The notes under the pieces are model-generated. The model searched no databases. It worked only from the letters and a program-made list of their open reading frames with translations, and was not told the DNA's origin. 64,000 bases of DNA from an uncultured Acidobacteriota bacterium (GTDB taxonomy: Bacteria; Acidobacteriota; Thermoanaerobaculia; Multivoradales; JAHEKO01). Below, piece by piece: positions 18,738 to 28,911 of this stretch. The DNA is taken from assembly GCA_963713825.1 (NCBI GenBank), contig CAVQNG010000003.1:1216001-1280000 (forward strand). The letters run 5' to 3'. The translations under genes were made by a program, and so were the position numbers. Position 1 is the first letter of the stretch. Each line of letters opens with the position of its first letter.

Positions 18738-18778
18738 AGTCGAAGGCTTTCGTGAGGTAGTCGAGCAGATCGAACGCT

Positions 18779-20983
18779 ATGGGCGGCTCGAATTCAGACG
18801 GCAAGCTGGGGACCTTCCTCGGAGTCTTCACTCCGTCGATCCTGACCATTCTCGGCGTCGTTCTCTTCCTACGAACAGGTTGGGTCGTCGGGCAGGTGGG
18901 GCTGGGTGCTGCCCTGGCCATCGTGGTGGTGGCGCATGTCATCACCCTGGCGACGGCTCTATCGCTGTCCGCTATCGCCACGAACATGCGGGTGGGAGCG
19001 GGTGGCGCCTACTACATGGTCTCTCGCTCGTTGGGCCTCGAGATCGGTGGTGCCATCGGCATCCCTCTCTTTCTTGCGCAGACCTTCTCCGTCACCCTTT
19101 ATGCCTTCGGTTTCGCGGAAGGCGTTCGCCTGTTCTGGCCCGATGCGCCGTCTAGCTTGATCGCCGCAGTGGTGATCGTCCTGGTCTCTCTGGCTGCGGC
19201 GTGGGGAGCGGAGGTGGCTCTCAAGCTGCAGCTACCGATCATGGTGGCGATCGGGCTCGCCCTAGCCGCTCTACTGATCGGCAGTGTGTTGAAGAGTGGG
19301 GAGGGAGTACCCCTGGGGCAGGGCGTCAGTGAAGGGGTGGGTTTCTGGTTGGTGTTTGCCGTTTTCTTCCCGGCGGTCACCGGATTGATGGCGGGAGTAA
19401 GTCTGTCGGGTGACCTGAAGGACCCGAAGCGGAGCATTCCGCGCGGCACACTTGCAGCGGTTCTGATCGGTCTGGTGGTCTACCTGGTCGTACCGGTCGC
19501 TCTCGCTGCCTCGGCTGCCCCGGGGGCTCTGGCGACCAATACCCTCATCTGGTTCGACATCGCCATCTTTCCTGTGCTGATCATTCCGGGCCTGCTGGGT
19601 GCCATCCTGTCGTCCGCCGTAGGCAGCATTCTGGGAGCGCCCAGAACTCTCGAAGCCCTGGTGGATGACGGGGTGCTGTCAAAGGCCGTCCGGAGAAGAA
19701 CCCGATGGTCGTGGCGTCACCATTTCTTTCATGCACTGGCGACATTGGTGGCGCTGGCAGCGGTGGGCCTGGGTGGCTTGAACGCGGTAGCACCGGTGTT
19801 GACGATGTTCTTCCTCACCACCTACGGCGTCATCAACCTGGTGGCCGGTCTGGAGTTGCTCAGTGGCTCGCCGTTCTACCGTCCGTCCATCAAGGTTCCC
19901 TGGATAGTTTCCCTGATCGGCGCAGTCGGTTGTCTGTGGGTCATGTTCCTGATCAACGAGGCGGCAGCGTTGGTCGCCGTACTGCTCGAGGTCCTGATCT
20001 ATTCGAACCTTCGTAGGAAGGCGATCAAGGCATCGTGGGGCGATGTGAGATACGGCGCCCTGATGTCCCTCGCCCGCGCCGTACTGCTGCGCCTGCGAAA
20101 CTTGCCCATCGCTCCCCAGAACTGGCGACCCAACATCCTCGTCTTCGCGGGAGATGTCGAACGCCGGGCGGATCTGGTCCGGCTCGCTGCGTGGCTGAAT
20201 CAGGATCGAGGGCTGCTGACGGTGAGCAAGGTGATCGTCGGATCCAGAGAGGAGTTCGCCGGCCAGGTGGAGGGCGAACGTCGGGAAATGGACGAGATAC
20301 TCTCGGCCGAGGGCATCGCCGCCTTCTCCGAAGTGGAGATTGTCTCGGGCTTCGAGGAGGGAGTCATTGCCATCGCGCAGGCGAACGGCATTGCGGGAAT
20401 CAGCTCGAACACGATCCTGTTCGGCTGGAGCGAGAAGGAGGAGCGGCGGGCGAGTCAGCTGCGCATCATGCGCGAGGTGAGCTTGATCGGAAAGTCCACG
20501 ATCATCTGTCGCGTTCTGCCCCAGAGCTGGGAGGCTCGGCCGCGCCGCATCGATGTCTGGTGGGGAGGCTTGCAGAACAACGGCGACATGCTTCTTCTGC
20601 TCGCCTATCTGGTGTCTCTGAACCCGGAGTGGCGCCGCGCGGAGATCTGCATCCGGAGCATCGCCACGAGCGCAATGATGCAGGAGCACACCGAGAAGAC
20701 CCTGAGGCGCATGCTGGATGACAATCGCATCGCGGCGCGGGTCGACATCACTCCCTGGGATCCCGAGGCGAACGTCCAGGCGCTCATCCAGGAGCAGTCC
20801 AAGGACGCCGACCTGGTGTTTCTCGGTCTCCGCGAACCCGATGAGGGGGAGGAGACGGCCTATGCCCAGCGGCTCGAGCGACTCATCGGAGATCTTCCGA
20901 CAGTCGTTTTCGTCAGAAACGCCGGTCCCTTCGCCGGCCAGCTGCTGGAGAATGGCGAAGACCCCAGTGCCCTACCTGATTGA
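18779..20983 (+). CDS. cation-chloride cotransporter (SLC12/CCC-like amino acid permease family)
   Basis: LGTFLGVFTPS...GVVLFLR, GGAYYMVSRSLGLEIGGAIG, FFPAVTG, GDLKDP..SIP, NWRPNIL, IDVWW C-terminal domain. Confidence 0.9.
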   Translation: MGGSNSDGKLGTFLGVFTPSILTILGVVLFLRTGWVVGQVGLGAALAIVVVAHVITLATALSLSAIATNMRVGAGGAYYMVSRSLGLEIGGAIGIPLFLAQTFSVTLYAFGFAEGVRLFWPDAPSSLIAAVVIVLVSLAAAWGAEVALKLQLPIMVAIGLALAALLIGSVLKSGEGVPLGQGVSEGVGFWLVFAVFFPAVTGLMAGVSLSGDLKDPKRSIPRGTLAAVLIGLVVYLVVPVALAASAAPGALATNTLIWFDIAIFPVLIIPGLLGAILSSAVGSILGAPRTLEALVDDGVLSKAVRRRTRWSWRHHFFHALATLVALAAVGLGGLNAVAPVLTMFFLTTYGVINLVAGLELLSGSPFYRPSIKVPWIVSLIGAVGCLWVMFLINEAAALVAVLLEVLIYSNLRRKAIKASWGDVRYGALMSLARAVLLRLRNLPIAPQNWRPNILVFAGDVERRADLVRLAAWLNQDRGLLTVSKVIVGSREEFAGQVEGERREMDEILSAEGIAAFSEVEIVSGFEEGVIAIAQANGIAGISSNTILFGWSEKEERRASQLRIMREVSLIGKSTIICRVLPQSWEARPRRIDVWWGGLQNNGDMLLLLAYLVSLNPEWRRAEICIRSIATSAMMQEHTEKTLRRMLDDNRIAARVDITPWDPEANVQALIQEQSKDADLVFLGLREPDEGEETAYAQRLERLIGDLPTVVFVRNAGPFAGQLLENGEDPSALPD

Positions 20984-21020
20984 GGAGCCTGTCCTGCATC
21001 ACCCCTGATCCAAATCCCGG

Positions 21021-22376
21021 TCAGGACGCTCCTGGTGGCAGCGGCCTGGGCCGACGGCCATAGAACAGGTCGTCGAGCCAGAGGGCGCCACGCCGAGCTG
21101 CACCCGAGGAGCGGATCGCCCAGCGCACCAGGTTGTGGGCCGAGTTGTCGGGGTGGGAGTACGGGCAGACCGTCATGCAGCGCCCGCAGTCGGTGCCGAC
21201 GGCGTTCCAGTAGCGGAAGCAACTGTCCGCATCGATGGCCCAGCGCCAGCCGTCATCGAGTGGCTCGCGATCGCCGAACGGGATCGACCTGGTCGGGCAG
21301 CTCTCCGCGCACTTCTTACAGATCGTGCAGAAGTCGAGGACCGAGAGGTCGTCGCCTGGTCGATCCGATGTAAGAGGAAGATCCGTCGTGACCACCCCGA
21401 GCCGCACCCTGGGCCCGAGTCGCGGTGTCATGAGGATGCCCATCCTACCGATCTCACCGAGACCTGCATCCCGCGCGACCAATGGGGCGATCACCCGGTA
21501 GTTGCCATCGATGTGGGCGCGAGCCGGGTAGCCGAGTGAACGAATCAAGGCGGCGAGCTGGATGGCGATCTTGGCCGATTCAACGTACTGTCGGGCCGAC
21601 TCGGCGACGACGGGAGCGCCAGGTGCCATGCGCATCGTCTCGTGATCCATCTCCACGGTGAAGGCGATCGCCCAGCGATGATCGAGCTCGACCTGCTCTC
21701 CCCAGACGCCGGTGCCCCGCCCGACGTGGGTGTAGACGTGATACGGCCGCAGCTCGGCAATGCCTGCGTCGCAGGCTCCGAATCGACGCGCCAGGTGCTT
21801 CAGTGTGGCGGCCATCTCGGGCGCTGATCGCTCGCTTCGGACGGGTGCCATAGGTCCGTCGACCTCTTCCCGCAGAGCCTCGGTGATGGCGAAGGACGCG
21901 TCCGCCGAGCCGAAGGCGACCGGCTCGGCAGCGGGGGCGTTCGGTGACAGAAGGCCGGGCAACGAGCGGGTTTGATCGTCGCTTGCCCGATTCTCGGGCC
22001 GCATCGCGTAGTAGGCGTCGAACTCCTGGCTGCCGGGCTCGAGGCGCGCCCGGGCGAACATGATGTCCCTCTCGTCGACGCGGCGGCTCGGCCTGCCCCC
22101 TTCTGCGACCCGCGATCCGACCGGTAGGAACCAGGCGACGATCACGCCTAGAGCGACGACGAGAAGTGCAGCCAAGATCCAGGTTTGGATCGGGAGTGGC
22201 AGGAGCGTTGCCAAAAGCAAGGGGAGCGCGCCGGTCAGGGCGAGAGCGAGGGCAACGAGAGTGGCCCGCCGCTCGCCCTCGCGGTACGAGATCAGAGCGA
22301 AGGAGCCGAATCCCATCAGGGTCACCAGACCGACGGTCGTCAGCAGGATAGAGGGGGCAGAGGAAAGGCCTGACAC
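21021..22376 (-). CDS. reductive dehalogenase-like cobalamin/2x[4Fe-4S] protein with N-terminal TM helices
   Basis: About 3 N-terminal TMs; AGLGEIGRMG, GPRVRL, CX2CX2CX3CP (CTICKKCAESCP) and CX10CX2CX3CP. Confidence 0.85.
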   Translation of the reverse strand: MSGLSSAPSILLTTVGLVTLMGFGSFALISYREGERRATLVALALALTGALPLLLATLLPLPIQTWILAALLVVALGVIVAWFLPVGSRVAEGGRPSRRVDERDIMFARARLEPGSQEFDAYYAMRPENRASDDQTRSLPGLLSPNAPAAEPVAFGSADASFAITEALREEVDGPMAPVRSERSAPEMAATLKHLARRFGACDAGIAELRPYHVYTHVGRGTGVWGEQVELDHRWAIAFTVEMDHETMRMAPGAPVVAESARQYVESAKIAIQLAALIRSLGYPARAHIDGNYRVIAPLVARDAGLGEIGRMGILMTPRLGPRVRLGVVTTDLPLTSDRPGDDLSVLDFCTICKKCAESCPTRSIPFGDREPLDDGWRWAIDADSCFRYWNAVGTDCGRCMTVCPYSHPDNSAHNLVRWAIRSSGAARRGALWLDDLFYGRRPRPLPPGAS

Positions 22377-22470
22377 CGGAGCATTCTATCTACCAGCCAC
22401 CTCGTCGCCCCGTGTCTGCGGTGATAACCTCGCCAGCGCCAGATCGCCTTCTGACGAGGACCTTCGGAAC

Positions 22471-22740
22471 ATGCGTCCGCGCCTTTTCTCCAGCCGACTG
22501 ACACCGACCCACCGACGCATCTATCGCAGCGTGGTGGTGTTCTTCACCCTGATCTTCCTGGCGATGATCTGGCCGGTGGTCACGCTCTTCAGCCACGCTC
22601 GGCCCCTGGTTCTCGGGCTGCCTTTCTTCCTCTTCTATCTCGCTGTGCTTCTGGTGGGGAGCTTCTTGGTGCTGCTGACCCTCTACCTCTGGGAGAAGCG
22701 CACCGGTTCGTCTTCGGACCCCGGGGAGGACTCCTTCTGA
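22471..22740 (+). CDS. DUF3311/DUF485-type small membrane partner of SSS transporter
   Basis: 89 aa, two TMs, PLVLGLPFFLFY; immediately precedes the symporter. Confidence 0.8.
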   Translation: MRPRLFSSRLTPTHRRIYRSVVVFFTLIFLAMIWPVVTLFSHARPLVLGLPFFLFYLAVLLVGSFLVLLTLYLWEKRTGSSSDPGEDSF

Positions 22741-22754
22741 GCTCCAACTGGATC

Positions 22755-24206
22755 GTGGTTTTGGCTGTGACCCTGGGCTACCTGGGTATCTCTCTCGGTG
22801 TCGGGGTCTGGTCGGGCAGGAAGACCTCCAAGGGTCCGGAAGGATACGTGGCCGGAGACCGGGCTCTCGGCTTCCTGGTTCTGTACTTCATCCTCGGCGC
22901 CTCGATCTTCAGCGCCTTCGCCTTTCTCGGCGGCCCGGGGTGGGCCTATTCGAGGGGTGCGGCGGCTTTCTACATCCTGTCGTACGGTACGGTCGGCCTC
23001 GTTCCCTGGTACTTCTTCGGCCCCCGTGTGGCCCGTCTGGGTCGCAAGTTCGGCTTCGTCACCCAAGCCGAGCTGCTGTCGCACCGGTTCCAGAGCAAGG
23101 GACTCTCGGCGGCCTTGGCAGTGATCTCGCTGATCGCCTTTTTGCCCTATCTGACGTTGCAGATGCAGGGTGCGGGCTACGTATTCAACGTCGTCACAGA
23201 AGGCAGGATTCCCAATTGGGCGGGCGCCGCCATCGCCTACGGTGTCGTGCTGATCTACGTCTTTCGCAGTGGGGTCATGGGGGTGGCCTGGACGAACACC
23301 CTGCAGGGGATGTTCATGATGGTTCTGGCCTGGAGCCTGGGCCTCTACCTGCCCTGGAAGCTCTACGGCGGGGTCGGAGCCATGTTCGAGCGCCTCGCCG
23401 AGACCGTGCCCGAGATGCTCCGCGCTCCGGGCCTGGGCGCCGATGGAGCAGTCTGGACCTGGGGTGGTTATTCCAGCGCCATCATCATTTCGGTTCTGGG
23501 TTTCAGCATCTGGCCGCATTACTTCATGAAGATCTTCACGGCTCGCAATGAGCGCACGCTCAAGCGGACCGTAGTCTTCTATCCGACTTTCCAGATCTTC
23601 CTGATTCCGATCCTGTTCATCGGCTTTGCCGGCATCCTGTCTTACCCGGGAGTGAAGCCCTCCGATGCCATCCTGCCGACCATCCTCATGTCGCTCGATC
23701 TACCGGCCGTGGTCATCGGCCTGTTTTGTGCGGGAGCGCTGGCGGCGTCCATGTCCACCGGGGACGCACTGTTGCATGCCGCCGGCTCGATTCTGGTGCG
23801 AGATTTCTATCGGGTGTTGTTGCGACCCGACCTCTCCGCAGACCAGCAGACGCGCCTCATTCGAATCCTGGTCGTCGTCATCAGCGCCGTGGCCTACTAC
23901 TTCGCGGTAATGTCGAAGATCTCACTGGTGGCCCTGCTGCTGCTCTCCTACGGCTTTATCGCCCAGATCTTTCCGGTTCTCCTGGCCGCGCTCTATTGGC
24001 CCAGATCTACGAGGCCAGGGGTTCTGGCCGGCCTGGCCGCCGGCTGCCTGGTTACAACAGTGTGGAATCTGATGCCGCAGCTTCAATGGCAGGAGATACA
24101 CCCTGGCCTGTGGGGTGTGGCCGCCAACGTCCTGGTGATGGTGGTCGTCTCGCTGGCAACTCCACCCATGGATTCCGAGCACGTTGCCCAGTTTGTTGTC
24201 GACTAG
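22755..24206 (+). CDS. sodium:solute symporter family protein
   Basis: SAFAFLGGPG, GVMGVAWTNTLQG, ALAASMSTGD; about 13 TMs. Confidence 0.92.
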   Translation: MVLAVTLGYLGISLGVGVWSGRKTSKGPEGYVAGDRALGFLVLYFILGASIFSAFAFLGGPGWAYSRGAAAFYILSYGTVGLVPWYFFGPRVARLGRKFGFVTQAELLSHRFQSKGLSAALAVISLIAFLPYLTLQMQGAGYVFNVVTEGRIPNWAGAAIAYGVVLIYVFRSGVMGVAWTNTLQGMFMMVLAWSLGLYLPWKLYGGVGAMFERLAETVPEMLRAPGLGADGAVWTWGGYSSAIIISVLGFSIWPHYFMKIFTARNERTLKRTVVFYPTFQIFLIPILFIGFAGILSYPGVKPSDAILPTILMSLDLPAVVIGLFCAGALAASMSTGDALLHAAGSILVRDFYRVLLRPDLSADQQTRLIRILVVVISAVAYYFAVMSKISLVALLLLSYGFIAQIFPVLLAALYWPRSTRPGVLAGLAAGCLVTTVWNLMPQLQWQEIHPGLWGVAANVLVMVVVSLATPPMDSEHVAQFVVD

Positions 24207-24222
24207 AAAGAGCTAGATCAGA

Positions 24223-25407
24223 CTAGCTGGTCTCGGCCGCCAGAGAGCGAGCCAACGCCTCGTTGACCGCCATCGCTTCTTCGAGCGCCGAGATCTCGAT
24301 GTGCTCGTTGACGGTATGGGCCAGGAACTCGTCGCCCGGCCCGAAGCCGACGGGCGCCATCCCGGCCTCGGCAAAGTGGCCGCCATCCGTAGCGAATCGC
24401 CAGACCTCCGTCGGTCGATCCTCTTTCAGCACCTCTCGACAGATCTCTTCGGCGGCAACGATCGCGGGGTGATCGGCCGGCAGGATGTAGGCTGGATTGG
24501 CACCGGGTATGGGTCGGTCGAGCCCGGTGTAGGTGCGTCGCTCGATGACGGGAACGGTAATGTCGATCTCGGAGTCAGCGTGCCCGGGATTGTCGGCCAG
24601 GACCCGCGTTGCCACTGCCTCGAGCATGCGACGAGCATCCTCACCGGACTGCCCCGGGATGTTCCTCCAATCGCAGGTCTGCCAGACCTCACCGGGCACG
24701 ACATTGGCGCTGGTCTGATCCGTGCGCAGGAGCGTTGGGGCTACGGTCGAGGGACCGAGGTCCGCGTCGGTCGGCATTTCCAGGCCCTCCAGACCCCCAA
24801 GGAAGAGGCCCAGGGCGTAGAGGGGGTTCACTCCCCGCTCCGGCACGCTGGCGTGCACGCTGCGACCGGTGATGTGAGCGACCAACTCGGTGCGGCCACG
24901 GTGTCCGCGGCGTAGCGTGTTGTGGCTGGGTTCCCCGACGACGACCAGCGGAACGGGCAGGGTCTCGGCCAGGTGCCTGGCACCTACACCACCGATCTCC
25001 TCCTGTACAACCGCTGTCACCCAGACATCGCCCGGGGGTTTTTCGCCCCTCAGTAGACGAGCCACGCCGACGACCTGTGCAGCCATCGGCCCCTTGATGT
25101 CGACGGCTCCGCGTCCCCAGACCTTGTCGTCATGGATCTCGCCCCCGAAGGGTGGGTGCGGCCAAGCGGCCGGGTCTCCCACGTCTACATGGTCGAGATG
25201 GGTGTTGAACATGAGGTCGGGAGCTTGTCCGCGGCCCTCGATCCGACCCAGAACATTGCCCACCTCGTCAATCCGAACCTCGTCGTAGCCGAGGTCACGC
25301 ATCTCGTTGGCGACGAGACTGGCCAGCTCTCCCTCGTGCCCGGGCAGGCTGAGGGTACGGATCATCTGTTGCAGCAAATCGACGCAGCGTTGCAGATCAC
25401 CACTCAT
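24223..25407 (-). CDS. M20 family metallopeptidase / ArgE-DapE-like deacylase
   Basis: THLDHV, GRGAVDIKG, VQEEIG, VGEP, HAS, FGPG...AHTVNE. Start chosen at the ATG at 25407. Confidence 0.92.
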   Translation of the reverse strand: MSGDLQRCVDLLQQMIRTLSLPGHEGELASLVANEMRDLGYDEVRIDEVGNVLGRIEGRGQAPDLMFNTHLDHVDVGDPAAWPHPPFGGEIHDDKVWGRGAVDIKGPMAAQVVGVARLLRGEKPPGDVWVTAVVQEEIGGVGARHLAETLPVPLVVVGEPSHNTLRRGHRGRTELVAHITGRSVHASVPERGVNPLYALGLFLGGLEGLEMPTDADLGPSTVAPTLLRTDQTSANVVPGEVWQTCDWRNIPGQSGEDARRMLEAVATRVLADNPGHADSEIDITVPVIERRTYTGLDRPIPGANPAYILPADHPAIVAAEEICREVLKEDRPTEVWRFATDGGHFAEAGMAPVGFGPGDEFLAHTVNEHIEISALEEAMAVNEALARSLAAETS

Positions 25408-25478
25408 GCTCGGAAGTGTACCCCCGAGAATGGTCAATCCACGCCCCAGACGGCGAGATGCGGGTAGCCCGATTCCTG

Positions 25479-28400
25479 CTACTGCGGCGTCTTCACCGGC
25501 GGTTCGGGGCGCTCGGGAAGGCTCCTGGGATCGGCATCCATCGCCGCGAGGAGCTCTTCGACGGCCCGCTCCAGCTGTGGATCTCGCCCCTCGAGTAGGG
25601 ACTTCGCGTCGTTGTGCACCTCGATGTCCGGAACTACGCCGACGCCCTCGAGAATCCAGTTGCCGTCCATGTCGTTGAGGCCGAACTCAGGCACGTTGAC
25701 GCCACCACCATCGATCAGATTCCCCCGATTGGTGATGCCGACGACTCCGCCCCAGGAGCGCTTGCCGACCAGTAGCCCTAGACCCGCTTCCCGAAAGAAG
25801 TGCGGGAACATGTCGCCATCGGAGGCCGAATCTTCATCGAGCAGGCAGATCAGATGGCCCAGGTTGGCGCGGCCCGGATAGGTGCCCGGTGAGGAGCTGT
25901 TGCGGCTGAAACGGGTGCCGATGGGCTGTCGCAGCAGTCTCTCGACAACCATCTCGGAGACATTGCCGCCACCGTTGCCGCGCGCGTCGATCACCATGCC
26001 CTCCTTGCGGAGCTGCGGGTAGTACCACTTGATGAACTCCTGGATGCCGCTGGCCCCCATGTCCGGCAGGTGCATGTACCCCAATCTGCCACCACTGAGC
26101 TCATCCACCCGCCGTTGGTTGTCCAGCTGCATGGCGAGGTAGCGCAAGCTGCGCTCCTGCGTGATCGGCTTGTAGGAGATGGTGCGGGCGCCCGACATCG
26201 ACGGGGTGCTGTTGACTGTCAGCTCCACCGCGCGATCGGCCTTGTGCTGCAGGAGCTCGTATGGGGAGGTGTCGCCCAGGAGCTCGTGGCCGTCGATAGC
26301 AAGTACATAGTCGCCGACCTCGATATCGATGCCGATCTCGGTCAGGGGAGAGCGATAGCCGTCCTCCTCGTTGTGGCCGGGCAAAATCTTGGCGAGGCGA
26401 TAGCGGTTCGAAGCTCGATCGAGCTCGAACTCGGCGCCAGGTAGCGCTCCGCCTGGGCGCTCGGGTATCTCGAAATCGCCACCCGCGATGTAGGCGTGCC
26501 CCACCCCGAGCTCGGAGATCATCTCGCTGATCAGGTAGTTGAGATCCGAACGATTGGCGACGTGCGCCAGCCATGGTTCGTACTGAGCCCTCAAACCCTC
26601 CCAGTCGTAGCCGTGCATGTTGTCGACGTAGAAGAAGTCCCGGTATCGACGCCAGACCTCGTTGAAGATCTGGGCCCACTCCTCTTCCGGAATGAGATCC
26701 ACCTTCAGTCCGGAGGTCGAGACGGCCTTGGCGGAGTCCTTGCCGCCGGGCTCCACGTTGTAGAGCTTGTAGCTGCCGTTATGCCCGACGAGTGCCTTGG
26801 TTCCGTCCTGCGACAGAGCGTAGCCCGAGATGTCCTCTGCCAGAGTCGAGGCTTCGCGCTTTTCGAACGAGAACAGGTTCAGGGAGTTCTTCACGTCCGA
26901 GCTGCGCCCGTAGTAGCCGGCCCCGGCGCGCACATAGACGAGGTTGCCTTCGACTGCATTCAGACCCGTGTAGTTGTCGGCATCGACTGGAATTCGAGCG
27001 ACACGATTGCCCAGACCCTCGAAGTCGATGCTGATCGCGCTCTTGCTCTCGTCGGCGTCTGCTTCGTCTTCATCCTCGCCCTCTTCGTCCTTGTCCTCGC
27101 CTAGGGTGACCTCGTCGCTCTCGGGAGCGAACGGGTGCTCGACATCGTCACGAAGGGCTAAAGCGTAGATGAAGGTCTCGCGGTCGGTGGCGAAATTCCA
27201 TTCGATGGCGGAGATCTGTGGCGCGTAGGCCCGGTCCGACATGAAGTAGAGGTAGTCGCCACTCGGATCCCAGACCGGCTCGAAGTCGTTGAACATGTCC
27301 GTCGTGATCTTCCGGGTCTGGCCATCGGCCACGCTCCAGATGTAGATCGAGCTGAAGGTGCCACCGACGTTCCAGTCGTTGACGACTCCCATGGAGAAGG
27401 CCAGGTGACCGCCGTTGGGCGACCAGGCGTGGTCGAAGATCAGCCCCTCGGGGTCGTCCGCGACCTCGGTGATCCCCTTGGTCGAGACCTCGACCACGTA
27501 GAGCTTGCCGTGCTTGTCGCTGAAGGCGATGCGCTCGCCGTCGGGCGACCACCGCAGGGCGTATCGCATCTCCGCTCCGTTGTTGGTGAGCTGCTCCGGT
27601 TCGCCAGTGCCTGCCTGGTCGACGAGGAAGATCTCTTCTTCTCCAGTGATGTCGGAGATATAGGCGATCTTGCTGCCGTCCGGCGACCAGCTGGCCCACT
27701 TGTCGTGGGCGTTGGAGCTTCGAGTCAGGTTGCGGGTGGGACCTTTCTCGATCGGCACCGTGAACACGTCACCTCGGGCCACGAAGAGCGCACGTTCACC
27801 TTTCGGGCTCAGTGAGTAGCCCTCGATGAGACCCTCCACGTCGATGCGTGAGGGACGCTTCCACAGGCCGTCATCCGGAACGTTGACGGTAAGCGGTGTC
27901 GAGCTACCGGTGGCGATGTTGTAGATGCGCAGCTCGCCGTCGAGCTCATAGACGATTCGATTCTCACCATCATCGCCCGGCCACCGGATGTCCCACAGAT
28001 CCTCCTCGGTCAGCTGCTCGGTGACCTGGGTGCCTGTGTCGTAGGCGAACAGGTTGTTTCGACCGTCGCGATCGGAGGTGAAGTAGATCTTGTCGCCGAT
28101 CCACATCGGATCCCGGTCGGCGCGCGGGTGGTTGGTCACCTGCTCGAGATCGTAGGACGCCAGGTCGAAGATGTACAACTCCTGAGCCCAGCCGCCCTGA
28201 TACCGCTTCCAGGCTCGGAAGTCCCGTCCCAGCGGTGAGTAGACCACCTTCGTCCCGTCCGGAGACAGTGCACCGCCGCCCGACTCGGGCATCGGCAAGG
28301 GCTCGGCCAGGCCTCCCTCCACCGGCTGAAGGAAGAGGTGTGTGTTGGTCAGGCCGTGGCCGTAGCGCCCGGACCGAAACAGCACTGCAGAACCGTCGGG

Positions 28401-28784
28401 CGACCAGTCGTAGACCTGGTTGTCATAGCCCCATCGCTGGGGTAGCGGACCCTGCGCCGGATAGAAAGTGAGCTGCCGGGGAGTCCCTCCAGCGGTGGGT
28501 ACGATGTAGACCTGCTCGTCACCGTCGTACTGGCCGGTGAAGGCGATCCACTGGCCGTCCGGTGAGAACTTCGCAAAGAGCTCCTGGCCAGGATGGGCGG
28601 TCAGTCGCCAGGCCGTGCCACCCGAGTCGGGGGCGAGCCACAGGTCACCACCATAGGTGAAGACCACCTTGTCTCCGTGAATGTCCGGGAATCGTAGGAG
28701 CTTGGTCTGGGCCGTCGCCAGGCTGGCGCCGGTCAGTGCAACACACAAAGCAAGGGCACACACAGTCAGCGTTCTGGGTTTCAT
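25479..28784 (-). CDS. tricorn protease (S41 family, PDZ)
   Basis: Signal peptide, beta-propeller SPDG repeats, DARGNGGG, SASDGD catalytic motif, GKRSWGG, EGVGVVPD. Confidence 0.95.
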   Translation of the reverse strand: MKPRTLTVCALALCVALTGASLATAQTKLLRFPDIHGDKVVFTYGGDLWLAPDSGGTAWRLTAHPGQELFAKFSPDGQWIAFTGQYDGDEQVYIVPTAGGTPRQLTFYPAQGPLPQRWGYDNQVYDWSPDGSAVLFRSGRYGHGLTNTHLFLQPVEGGLAEPLPMPESGGGALSPDGTKVVYSPLGRDFRAWKRYQGGWAQELYIFDLASYDLEQVTNHPRADRDPMWIGDKIYFTSDRDGRNNLFAYDTGTQVTEQLTEEDLWDIRWPGDDGENRIVYELDGELRIYNIATGSSTPLTVNVPDDGLWKRPSRIDVEGLIEGYSLSPKGERALFVARGDVFTVPIEKGPTRNLTRSSNAHDKWASWSPDGSKIAYISDITGEEEIFLVDQAGTGEPEQLTNNGAEMRYALRWSPDGERIAFSDKHGKLYVVEVSTKGITEVADDPEGLIFDHAWSPNGGHLAFSMGVVNDWNVGGTFSSIYIWSVADGQTRKITTDMFNDFEPVWDPSGDYLYFMSDRAYAPQISAIEWNFATDRETFIYALALRDDVEHPFAPESDEVTLGEDKDEEGEDEDEADADESKSAISIDFEGLGNRVARIPVDADNYTGLNAVEGNLVYVRAGAGYYGRSSDVKNSLNLFSFEKREASTLAEDISGYALSQDGTKALVGHNGSYKLYNVEPGGKDSAKAVSTSGLKVDLIPEEEWAQIFNEVWRRYRDFFYVDNMHGYDWEGLRAQYEPWLAHVANRSDLNYLISEMISELGVGHAYIAGGDFEIPERPGGALPGAEFELDRASNRYRLAKILPGHNEEDGYRSPLTEIGIDIEVGDYVLAIDGHELLGDTSPYELLQHKADRAVELTVNSTPSMSGARTISYKPITQERSLRYLAMQLDNQRRVDELSGGRLGYMHLPDMGASGIQEFIKWYYPQLRKEGMVIDARGNGGGNVSEMVVERLLRQPIGTRFSRNSSSPGTYPGRANLGHLICLLDEDSASDGDMFPHFFREAGLGLLVGKRSWGGVVGITNRGNLIDGGGVNVPEFGLNDMDGNWILEGVGVVPDIEVHNDAKSLLEGRDPQLERAVEELLAAMDADPRSLPERPEPPVKTPQ

Positions 28785-28911
28785 TGGGCCTCCCGCGAGG
28801 GTTGTATTTACCTGGACCGGTGCGAACCAACTGCAACAAGAGGAGTAACGAGTCTACCAGGCGAAAGTTGCAGCGAGACGTAAGCTCGATCCAAGGGATA
28901 ATGTCGGTTGA

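Noticed and set aside
21021-22376. Call as queG (epoxyqueuosine reductase)
   Set aside because: Lacks the QueG-type GCDxCQ motif; the second cluster spacing and N-terminal TMs fit RdhA-like proteins better.
27040-27120. Acidic low-complexity tract in tricorn protease
   Set aside because: An ordinary flexible loop in bacterial tricorn homologs, not a DNA repeat element.
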